DNA of 64,000 bases, from NCBI GenBank assembly GCA_947493885.1, contig CANLTE010000013.1, positions 1,772 to 65,771 on the forward strand. Reading direction: 5' to 3'. The stretch is from an uncultured Maribacter sp. (lineage in GTDB: Bacteria; Bacteroidota; Bacteroidia; Flavobacteriales; Flavobacteriaceae). Shown piece after piece: positions 20,974-29,098 of this stretch. The notes beneath the pieces were generated by a model that did no database searches, had not been told where the DNA came from, and saw only the letters and a list, made by a program, of their open reading frames with translations. Within the stretch, counting starts at the first letter, position 1. Each line of letters begins with the position of its first letter. Position numbers and translations under genes: made by a program.

Positions 20974-21282
20974 ATGGCAAAAATCACATTTATAACAAAT
21001 GACGACGAAAAAATAACTTTAGAAGGTGCATCTGGTTCCGTAATGGCACTGGCTGTAGAAAATAATGTTAAAGGTATTGATGGTGATTGTGGTGGAGTAT
21101 GTTCTTGTGCAACCTGTCATGTTCATGTAGCTCCTGAAGATATCGAAAAAACAGGAGAGGCAAGCGAAATTGAACTGGATATGCTAGAATTGGATGATAA
21201 TACCAATGAATATAGTAGGCTTTGTTGTCAATTACAAATCACAGATGCGCTAGATGGCATAGTATTGAAAGTAGCTAAATAA
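20974..21282 (+). CDS. [2Fe-2S] ferredoxin (putidaredoxin type)
   Basis: GDCGGVCSCATCHVHV...SRLCCQ. Confidence 0.95.
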   Translation: MAKITFITNDDEKITLEGASGSVMALAVENNVKGIDGDCGGVCSCATCHVHVAPEDIEKTGEASEIELDMLELDDNTNEYSRLCCQLQITDALDGIVLKVAK

Positions 21283-21287
21283 AGATC

Positions 21288-22532
21288 GTGAAAAAAATTT
21301 GTATTGTAATTGGAGCAAGTCATGCTGGAGTTAGTTTAGCTTTTTACCTTCGTAAAGAAGGCTGGGAAGGCGATATTGTTTTATTTGATTCTGATCCAGA
21401 ATTGCCTTATCATCGTCCACCCCTATCAAAAGCCTACTTAACGGATACTAATGATATTCAAAAAATTCAGTTGCGATCTGCAGAAAGTTACAAAGCAGAA
21501 AACATTGAGTTACGCTTAGGAGTTACTGTAAAAAAAATAGACCGAGCCAATAAGTGTATTGTACTTGCTGATAACTCCCAACAAAATTATGATAAGTTGG
21601 TAATTGCTTCAGGGGCACGACCAATTATTCCTCCAATTTCAGGAATAGACACCGCAAAAAATATATTCCCCATACGAACGGCTGCTAACATTGCCGAAAT
21701 ACGCAATGCACTATCTAAAAGCAAAACTAAGAAAGTGGTTATCATAGGTGGAGGTTATATAGGGTTAGAGGCTGCTGCTTCATTAAAAAAATTAGGAGCC
21801 TCGGTTACTGTACTGGAAAGAGAAAAACGCATTTTAGCAAGAGTAACGGCTCCTGAAATGTCTGATTACTTTCAACAATTACATTATAAAAATAATGTAG
21901 AAGTACTAACCACTAAAAATGTTACTTCCATTTCGCATGAAAATAATCAAAACATAGTTAGCTGTCAGGATAATACACAATACAAAGCAGATATTATTAT
22001 TGTGGGCGTAGGCATTTATGTTAACAAAGAACTTGCCGAAGATGCCGCTATTTTATGTAACAATGGAATATGCGTAGACGAAACAACAAAAACCAATGAT
22101 AGTAATATTTATGCCATTGGGGATTGCTCTTTCCATTACAACCCACATTACGACAGACACATCCGTTTAGAGTCTGTACAAAATGCTATTGACCAAGCTA
22201 AAGTTACTGCTGCATCAATTTGTGATAGACCTATAAAATATGACACCATACCTTGGTTTTGGTCAGATCAATATGATATTAAACTGCAAATGGTAGGATT
22301 ATCTCAAGGGTACAACCAAATTATTTTACGAAAAGAATCAGGAGAAGGTATTTACGGTGATAGTTTTTCTGTTTGGTATTTTAGCAATGACACTTTATTG
22401 GCCGTTGACGCTGTCAACAACGCCAAAGCATATGTTATAGGCACAAAATTTATCAAAACAAGCCAAAAAATGAATAAAGAAAAATTAGCGAACACAGAAA
22501 CCGTATTAAAACCCGTAAATTTAATCGATTAG
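21288..22532 (+). CDS. NAD(H)-dependent ferredoxin reductase
   Basis: IGASHAG, PYHRPPLSK, IIGGGYIGLE, IYAIGD, RLESVQNA, PWFWSDQYD. Confidence 0.95.
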   Translation: MKKICIVIGASHAGVSLAFYLRKEGWEGDIVLFDSDPELPYHRPPLSKAYLTDTNDIQKIQLRSAESYKAENIELRLGVTVKKIDRANKCIVLADNSQQNYDKLVIASGARPIIPPISGIDTAKNIFPIRTAANIAEIRNALSKSKTKKVVIIGGGYIGLEAAASLKKLGASVTVLEREKRILARVTAPEMSDYFQQLHYKNNVEVLTTKNVTSISHENNQNIVSCQDNTQYKADIIIVGVGIYVNKELAEDAAILCNNGICVDETTKTNDSNIYAIGDCSFHYNPHYDRHIRLESVQNAIDQAKVTAASICDRPIKYDTIPWFWSDQYDIKLQMVGLSQGYNQIILRKESGEGIYGDSFSVWYFSNDTLLAVDAVNNAKAYVIGTKFIKTSQKMNKEKLANTETVLKPVNLID

Positions 22533-22586
22533 CTTTCTGGAATAATTATTTACCTCAAATAACTTTTTCATTCCTCAATACGTTTT

Positions 22587-22594
22587 TATATTTG
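22587..22594 (+). promoter_or_regulatory. -7 promoter element of tRNA-Leu
   Basis: TATATTTG 15 nt before the tRNA. Confidence 0.75.
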
Positions 22595-22608
22595 CCTGCT
22601 ATTAAATT

Positions 22609-22692
22609 GCCCACGTGGCGGAATTGGTAGACGCGCTACCTTGAGGGGGTAGTGTTCTTTTGAACGTGCTGGTTCAACTCCAGTCGTGGGCA
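22609..22692 (+). tRNA. tRNA-Leu (anticodon GAG), CCA not encoded
   Basis: Acceptor GCCCACG/CGTGGGC; anticodon stem CTACC/GGTAG with loop TTGAGGG; long variable arm; T-arm GCTGG-TTCAACT-CCAGT. Confidence 0.94.
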
Positions 22693-22693
22693 C

Positions 22694-22728
22694 AAAACCA
22701 CTTTTACAATATTGTAGAGGTGGTTTTT
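22694..22728 (+). terminator. Terminator after tRNA-Leu
   Basis: AAAACCACTTTTACAAT/ATTGTAGAGGTGGTTTTT hairpin with G-U pairs. Confidence 0.8.
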
Positions 22729-22861
22729 AATTTTAACTCCTATACCTACAAAAACTTTGTAAACATCTTGTATTTTTAAGAAAACTAAAAAACACGAGAT
22801 AAATTCTACCTCCTTTTTAGAAATTAATATTAAAATATAGTTGCTTTCTCATATATAATTT

Positions 22862-22885
22862 TAAATTTGTTTAAGGTTTTACAAA
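22862..22885 (+). promoter_or_regulatory. -7 element of the regulator-crt operon overlapped by an inverted repeat (candidate operator)
   Basis: TAAATTTG at 22862-22869; TTTGT-N10-ACAAA at 22866-22885. Confidence 0.5.
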
Positions 22886-22890
22886 AAACA

Positions 22891-23793
22891 ATGAACAGAG
22901 TTAAAAAAACTTTTAGCATAAAAGATCTGGAAAATTTGTCTGGGGTAAAGGCGCATACCATACGTATTTGGGAAAAAAGGTACGGTTTGCTCGCACCTGA
23001 GCGTACAAAAACTAATATTAGGTTATACAGCCTAAGTAGTTTACAAAAATTATTAAACATTGCCCTTTTAAATGAAAATGGTGTTAAAATTTCTAAAATT
23101 GCCAAAATCCCCGAGAGTGAAATCGCGGAGCATGTAAATCAAATTACTGAACATAACCGCATCAAACTAAAACCATTAAATGCTTTTAAAATGGCAATGG
23201 TAAATTTTGATGAAAAACTATTTATTGATACTTATAATGAGCTTAAAAACAGTGAATCTTTTGAAAACGTAATTACCGATGTTTTTTTTCCCTTTCTCAC
23301 TGAACTTGGTCTACTTTGGCAAACGGACAGTATAAACCCTGCACATGAGCATTTTATCACTCATTTAATTAAGCAAAAAATAATTTTAGAAACCGAAAGC
23401 CTACAAACAATTACTCCTTCAAAAAACGACAAGGTTTTTGTGCTCTTTTTACCAGAAAATGAAATACATGAAATAGGGCTTTTATATTTAAACTATGAAG
23501 TAGTTAGGCGCGGATATAAATCTATTTACTTAGGACAAGCGGTTCCATTAAGCATACTAACCAATTTAAAAGCGCATTATAGCAATTTAATTTTTGTGTC
23601 ATACTTTACAGTTTCACCAACAAAAGACCAGATTGAAAACTATGTGAATGATTTTGAAACAACTGTAAACACCAATGGAACATTTGAACTGTGGCTTCTA
23701 GGACAACAAACGCAATACCTAGGAAAACAGAAACTACCTAAACATATAAAAACATTTACATCAATTGAAGAATTGACAAAAAAAATGGCCTAA
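22891..23793 (+). CDS. MerR-HTH / cobalamin-binding regulator (CarH/LitR-like)
   Basis: FSIKDLENLSGVKAHTIRIWEKRY (MerR HTH); W-x9-EH (WQTDSINPAHEH) and ExHxxG (EIHEIG). Start taken as ATG 22891 because the tracked TTG start lies inside the promoter. Confidence 0.88.
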   Translation: MNRVKKTFSIKDLENLSGVKAHTIRIWEKRYGLLAPERTKTNIRLYSLSSLQKLLNIALLNENGVKISKIAKIPESEIAEHVNQITEHNRIKLKPLNAFKMAMVNFDEKLFIDTYNELKNSESFENVITDVFFPFLTELGLLWQTDSINPAHEHFITHLIKQKIILETESLQTITPSKNDKVFVLFLPENEIHEIGLLYLNYEVVRRGYKSIYLGQAVPLSILTNLKAHYSNLIFVSYFTVSPTKDQIENYVNDFETTVNTNGTFELWLLGQQTQYLGKQKLPKHIKTFTSIEELTKKMA

Positions 23794-23803
23794 CCAATCA
23801 TTT

Positions 23804-25264
23804 ATGAAAAAAAACATTGCAATAATTGGCTCAGGGTTTTCGGCGCTATCAGCTTCATGCTATTTGGCAAAGGAAGGGCACAATGTTTTTATTTATGAAA
23901 AAAACGATGTCATTGGCGGACGAGCACGTCAATTTAAAAAAGATGGTTTTACTTTTGACATGGGACCAAGTTGGTACTGGATGCCTGATATTTTTGAAAA
24001 GTTTTTTTCAGATTTTGGTAAAACACCATCGGATTACTATGAACTAGAAAAACTAAGTCCCGCTTACAAAGTATTTTTTTCTGATGACCAAGTTGTAATC
24101 GAAGACCACCTAGATAAAATTTGTGTTGAATTTGAACGTATAGAAAAAGGAAGTGCAATTAAACTAAGAAAGTTTATAAAAAAAGCGCAGCAGAATTATG
24201 ATATAGCTATTAATAAAATGGTGTATAAACCCGGAATATCACCATTAGAGTTGGTTAGTTCGGACACCGTTTTAAGAATAAATGAGTTTTTTAAAAGTAT
24301 TAGCAAAACTATTAGAAGGCTTTTTAAAAACCCTAAACTAATTGCCGTTTTAGAGTTTCCTGTACTTTTTCTTGGCGCCAAACCTCAACAAACTCCTTCA
24401 TTTTATAGTTTTATGAATTTTGCTGATTTCGGGTTGGGAACATGGCACCCCAAAGGAGGTATGCATCAAGTTATATCTGCTATGCAAAAATTAGCAAAAG
24501 AACTTGGTGTTGTTATTAACGCAAACAGTTCTGTTAGTAAAATACATGTTCAAAATAAAAAAACAACAGGAATCACCTGCAATGATGCGTTTATTTCTGC
24601 AGATATTGTCTTAAGTGGTGCTGATTACCATCACGCTGAAACTCTTTTAGATAAACAATACAAACAGTATTCTGAATCGTATTGGTCAAAAAAAACCTTT
24701 GCTCCCTCCTCTTTACTATTCTATGTGGGTTTCAATAAAAAAATTGAAAAAGTAGAACATCACAATCTTTTTTTTGATACCAATTTTGAAAATCATGTGA
24801 ACACTATTTACGACAAACCACAATGGCCTAAATCCCCCCTATTTTATGCTAATTTTCCATCAATATCTGATGAAACAATGGCTCCCTCTGGATATGAAAC
24901 CGGCTTCTTTTTAATACCAATAGCACCTGATTTAGAGGATACTCCTAAGCTAAGAGAAAAATATTTTAACATACTAATAAACAGACTGGAAGAAAAGACT
25001 AGTCAATCATTAAAAAACAACATTTTATTCAAAGAGTCATTTTGTGTGAACGATTTTAAATCTGAATACAATTCATATAAGGGCAATGCCTATGGCATGG
25101 CCAATACGTTATCACAAACCGCTTTTTTGCGGCCAAAACTAAAGAGCTCCAAAGTAAAAAACTTATTTTTTACGGGTCAATTAACGGTTCCTGGTCCTGG
25201 AGTGCCCCCAGCATTAATATCAGGAAAGTTGGCTTCTGAACTTATTATTAACACTTTACGCTAA
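23804..25264 (+). CDS. crtI: Phytoene desaturase
   Basis: IIGSGFSAL, GGRA, FTFDMGPSWYWMP, GQLTVPGPGVPPALISG. Confidence 0.92.
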   Translation: MKKNIAIIGSGFSALSASCYLAKEGHNVFIYEKNDVIGGRARQFKKDGFTFDMGPSWYWMPDIFEKFFSDFGKTPSDYYELEKLSPAYKVFFSDDQVVIEDHLDKICVEFERIEKGSAIKLRKFIKKAQQNYDIAINKMVYKPGISPLELVSSDTVLRINEFFKSISKTIRRLFKNPKLIAVLEFPVLFLGAKPQQTPSFYSFMNFADFGLGTWHPKGGMHQVISAMQKLAKELGVVINANSSVSKIHVQNKKTTGITCNDAFISADIVLSGADYHHAETLLDKQYKQYSESYWSKKTFAPSSLLFYVGFNKKIEKVEHHNLFFDTNFENHVNTIYDKPQWPKSPLFYANFPSISDETMAPSGYETGFFLIPIAPDLEDTPKLREKYFNILINRLEEKTSQSLKNNILFKESFCVNDFKSEYNSYKGNAYGMANTLSQTAFLRPKLKSSKVKNLFFTGQLTVPGPGVPPALISGKLASELIINTLR

Positions 25265-25270
25265 ATTATT

Positions 25271-26110
25271 ATGAAAGAGATTTTTGATACGGTGTCATAT
25301 AATTGCAGTAAAATAGTAACCGAAAAATATAGTACAAGCTTTTCTTTAGCTACAAAAATGTTAGCACCATCAATTCGCACTGACATATATAATATTTACG
25401 GATTTGTACGTTTTGCTGATGAAATTGTGGACTCTTTTCATGATTATGACAAGAGTACCTTATTCAGCAAATTTGAAGCCGATTTAAATGAAGCTTTAAC
25501 ACATAAAATTAGTCTTAATCCAATTTTAAACGCCTTTCAACACACCTACCACCAGTATGGTATCCCTTACGAATTGGTTTCGTGTTTTATGAATAGTATG
25601 CGCGCAGATTTAACCAAAAAAGTATACACTACAAAAGAAGAATATGAAACCTATATTCATGGCTCTGCAAATGTGGTTGGACTTATGTGCTTAAAAGTTT
25701 TTGTAAAGGGTGACAATAAAAAATACGAAACCTTAAAACAGTCTGCCATGGCGCTTGGTTCTGCCTTTCAAAAGGTGAATTTTTTAAGGGATTTAAAGGA
25801 TGACTCCGAAATTCTAAATCGTGCCTATTTTCCAGATGTTAATCTAAAACAATTAAACATGGCTTCTAAAACAAAAATTGTTAAAGAAATTCTACTAGAT
25901 TTTGAAAAGGCATACAAAGGCATAAAATCCTTACCAACCGAAGCCAAATTTGGCGTATATACAGCGTACAGATATTATAAAAGACTATTGTTTAAGCTCC
26001 AAAAAACTCCCCCTTTACAAATACAAAATGTAAGAATTCGTGTTTCTAATCACGAAAAAATTAGCCTGCTAGCAAGATCGTATATCAAGTATAAGCTAAA
26101 TTTGGTATAA
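25271..26110 (+). CDS. crtB: Phytoene synthase
   Basis: YSTSFSLA, YGFVRFADEIVD, FQKVNFLRDLKDD. Confidence 0.94.
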   Translation: MKEIFDTVSYNCSKIVTEKYSTSFSLATKMLAPSIRTDIYNIYGFVRFADEIVDSFHDYDKSTLFSKFEADLNEALTHKISLNPILNAFQHTYHQYGIPYELVSCFMNSMRADLTKKVYTTKEEYETYIHGSANVVGLMCLKVFVKGDNKKYETLKQSAMALGSAFQKVNFLRDLKDDSEILNRAYFPDVNLKQLNMASKTKIVKEILLDFEKAYKGIKSLPTEAKFGVYTAYRYYKRLLFKLQKTPPLQIQNVRIRVSNHEKISLLARSYIKYKLNLV

Positions 26111-26112
26111 CT

Positions 26113-26568
26113 ATGAAGACACTTTTAGGCATATTGCTTTTTTTAGCCACATTTTGGGGTATGGAGTTTATGGCATGGTTTACGCATAAATACGTTATGC
26201 ATGGGTTTTTATGGAGCCTTCATAAGGACCATCATAAAAAAAACCATGACTCTTGGTTTGAACGTAACGATGCCTTTTTTCTTTTCTACGCCGTGGTTTG
26301 CATGACACTTTTTGGTTTTGCCAGATATACCGATTTCTGGTATGGTTGGCCACTTGGGCTAGGTATTTTGGCATACGGTATTGCCTATTTTATGGTTCAT
26401 GATATTTTTATTCACCAACGATTTAAATTGTTAAAAAAAACCAACAATTGGTATGCTAAAGGTGTTCGTAGAGCCCATAAAATGCATCATAAGCATATCC
26501 AAAAAGATGATGGTGAATGTTTTGGAATGTTAATAGTTCCTTTTAAATATTTCAAAAAAAATAAATGA
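26113..26568 (+). CDS. crtZ: Beta-carotene hydroxylase
   Basis: His boxes HKYVMHG, HKDHH, HDIFIHQR, HKMHHKH. Confidence 0.92.
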   Translation: MKTLLGILLFLATFWGMEFMAWFTHKYVMHGFLWSLHKDHHKKNHDSWFERNDAFFLFYAVVCMTLFGFARYTDFWYGWPLGLGILAYGIAYFMVHDIFIHQRFKLLKKTNNWYAKGVRRAHKMHHKHIQKDDGECFGMLIVPFKYFKKNK

Positions 26569-27254
26569 ATTCTCTTTATTTATGGATTAACCTTGGAGCA
26601 TTTTCATTACCATTTTTATATAGCTTTCATCCAAAATTAAAGCTCTATAAACAATGGAAAGCTATTTTTTTAGCCATTGCTTTAACCATGTGTTTTTACA
26701 TTCCGTGGGATATTATTTTTACGCAAAATGAGTTTTGGGGATTTAACCAACTATATTATTTAGAAAAAACTGTACTTGGTCTTCCCATTGAAGAATGGCT
26801 ATTTTTTATTTGCATTCCGTATGCTTGTATTTTTACTCATTACGCCTTACTTTTTTATTTCCCGAACCTAGGTATATCAAAAAAAGCTCTTAAACCATTA
26901 AGTTATACTATTGCATTCGCATTAGTTATCTTATCACTAATTTATCGCTCTAATTGGTATACAGCTATTAATTTTTTCTACGGAGGAATTCTAATTTTAT
27001 TCTGTGTTAAAACTAACCCAACTCTACTTCAAAGGTTTTTTATTACCTATTTAGTAATTTTAATTCCATTTTTCATTGTTAATGGTTTGCTTACTGGAAG
27101 CTTTATTCCCGAAGAAGTTGTTTGGTATAGCGCAAATCAAATTATAGGTATTCGTTTATTTACCATCCCAATTGAAGATACTATTTATGCGTTTACAATG
27201 GTGTTAACTAATCTATGGTTGGTTGAGTTCTTTAAAAAGAAGTTTACTCGTTAA
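26565..27254 (+). CDS. crtY: Membrane-type lycopene beta-cyclase (two-domain CrtYcd type)
   Basis: Two repeats of the P[IL]EE/PIED motif (LPIEEWLFF, IPIEDTIY); hydrophobic; in the crt operon. Confidence 0.85.
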   Translation: MNSLYLWINLGAFSLPFLYSFHPKLKLYKQWKAIFLAIALTMCFYIPWDIIFTQNEFWGFNQLYYLEKTVLGLPIEEWLFFICIPYACIFTHYALLFYFPNLGISKKALKPLSYTIAFALVILSLIYRSNWYTAINFFYGGILILFCVKTNPTLLQRFFITYLVILIPFFIVNGLLTGSFIPEEVVWYSANQIIGIRLFTIPIEDTIYAFTMVLTNLWLVEFFKKKFTR

Positions 27255-27801
27255 TTAACCTGCTTAATAATTCTCGAGTACTTTTACTATTCCAATTTAT
27301 GGCTCCCGTTTCCACAACTCTTATTTTACCTTTTTTATCAATTATATAGGTTGTGGGCAACAATTTAGAGTTTAAGGCTTTAGGTTCTTCTGTTTTTGAA
27401 TAGTAAACAGGAAAATTATAATTCTCTTTTTTTAAAAATTGATTAACTTTTTTATAATCTTCCTTTGCCACAAATACAAACTCCATTTTATCGCCATAAT
27501 CTTTATATAATTTTTGCATACTAGGTATTTCTGCGACGCAAGGCGGACACCATGTTGCCCAAAAATTTACAAGAACAACTTTCTCTCTTAAAGTTTCAAA
27601 ATTAAAATCGAATCCATTTAAATCAACAAGCTTCCATGAATAGCTTTTTAAAAGAACTTGTTCTTCTTTTGCTTCAGTTACACTTGATGCAAATAACCTA
27701 GAAACCTGAACCTTAATTTTAAACCCTAAAGGTGTAAAAAGTAAAATACAAATACTAACAATAAACAACGCATTAGATATTTGCTTCTTAGTCAAACGCA
27801 C
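27244..27801 (-). CDS. TlpA-family thiol-disulfide oxidoreductase (WCPPC)
   Basis: LVNFWATWCPPCVAE, LPTTYIIDKKG, N-terminal TM. Confidence 0.92.
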   Translation of the reverse strand: MRLTKKQISNALFIVSICILLFTPLGFKIKVQVSRLFASSVTEAKEEQVLLKSYSWKLVDLNGFDFNFETLREKVVLVNFWATWCPPCVAEIPSMQKLYKDYGDKMEFVFVAKEDYKKVNQFLKKENYNFPVYYSKTEEPKALNSKLLPTTYIIDKKGKIRVVETGAINWNSKSTRELLSRLINE

Positions 27802-27803
27802 TA

Positions 27804-28358
27804 TTATTCCTTTATAAGATTTTCCAATAAATTAGTTATTGTAGTATTATCCCAATCGGAAATTCCTTCTTCCTTTATCACAATACCTCCTTTTTTGTCA
27901 ATAAGATAAGACGCAGGTGCTTCCAAAATTTTAAAAGGTGCTTTTTCTCCAATTATTAAATAGGTAACTGGAAATGTAAATTTGTTTTTTTTCATAAACT
28001 CTTCTACAGGGGCTCTTTCTTCATTTGTGATTATATAAAAATCTACTTTTTCTTTATAGTTATCATATAACCCTTGAATACTTTGCAACTCTGCGAGGCA
28101 AGGCAACCTCCATGAAGCCCAAAAATTAATGAATACTACATTACCTTTAGATTTTTCAAAAGGAAAAAAGTTCCATTCGGCATCCTTAAGCTTCCATTCG
28201 TAATTTGGCAGCTTAATTCTATTGGATGCTGTAATAACCTCAGGTGTACCAGCAAATATTCTGTTTAACAATACTTTTCCATAAAACCCTAACGGAGTAA
28301 CAAAAAAAGCAAGCACCAGTATAATTAGAAGAACATTGAGAATTGTTTTTTTTCGCAT
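27804..28358 (-). CDS. TlpA-like thioredoxin-fold protein with an atypical WRLPC site
   Basis: INFWASWRLPCLAE, APASYLIDKKG, N-terminal TM. Confidence 0.88.
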   Translation of the reverse strand: MRKKTILNVLLIILVLAFFVTPLGFYGKVLLNRIFAGTPEVITASNRIKLPNYEWKLKDAEWNFFPFEKSKGNVVFINFWASWRLPCLAELQSIQGLYDNYKEKVDFYIITNEERAPVEEFMKKNKFTFPVTYLIIGEKAPFKILEAPASYLIDKKGGIVIKEEGISDWDNTTITNLLENLIKE

Positions 28359-28388
28359 TTGGAAAGAATTGAGTAGTTTTTCAAAACT

Positions 28389-28419
28389 AAAAAACTCCTG
28401 ATCAATATCAGGAGTTTTT
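28389..28419 (-). terminator. Terminator downstream of the acnA 3' remnant
   Basis: AAAAAACTCCTGAT-CAAT-ATCAGGAGTTTTT. Confidence 0.85.
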
Positions 28420-28443
28420 ATTCATTATTTACAGAATACCTTT

Positions 28444-28599
28444 TTAAGAAACTGCATTTTCTTTTTTTATAACATTTAATGCTGAGCCTTCATTAAACCA
28501 ATCTATCTGAGATTGATTGTATGTGTGATTAGCAACGATTTTATCTTTACTGCCATCTGCATGTACAACCTCACGGGTTAATTGTTGCCCTACAGCAAA
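28444..28599 (-). pseudogene. acnA: Orphan 3' fragment of an aconitase A gene
   Basis: Manual translation gives FAVGQQLTREVVHADGSKDKIVANHTYNQSQIDWFNEGSALNVIKKENAVS*, 36/48 identical to the C-terminus of 31346..33613. There is no start codon before the upstream in-frame stop. Confidence 0.93.
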
Positions 28600-29098
28600 G
28601 TAAACTGCCAGTTTTTTCTTTCTAAATACTTTTAAATTTTTATTTGTAAAAAATTACAACTATATTTATAAGTTATATACTACGCATGTACAATTTCTTG
28701 ATAAGGGCTTCGTATAAGTATGTTGAATTATTTTTCGCTAGTCTAGGTCAAAAAATTAAAGCATAGCATTAGCTATGGTGTCATTTTTTAATATTAAGAA
28801 TAGATAAGGAAACAGCATATATGAGAAATGATTATTATAAATAACTATTTAATTGAACTATGCAAATGCTCCTTACTTTTAACGGGTATTCAGAACGATA
28901 ACCCGACCTAGATATCTGCTATAATAGTTCCAAAAAAAAAGCAGAAAGGAATTATTTAGAAGAAAACAATAATGATATTTTAAAAAAACAACTATTCAAA
29001 GCCTACTATTAGTAAAACCTTCAAAATCTTATATTTAATTTCATATTAAAACTAAAACGTAAGTACATTTTAAACCCAAATCTAAAATAAACTTAGTT

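Noticed and set aside
17440-22610. Integrative element / attL-attR duplication of the tRNA-Lys 3' end around the GH-P450 islet
   Set aside because: I found no repeat of the tRNA 3' sequence and no integrase or transposase, so it is reported only as an islet.
22867-22890. Tracked TTG start of the MerR regulator
   Set aside because: It overlaps the TAAATTTG -7 promoter element; ATG 22891 gives the usual N-terminus.
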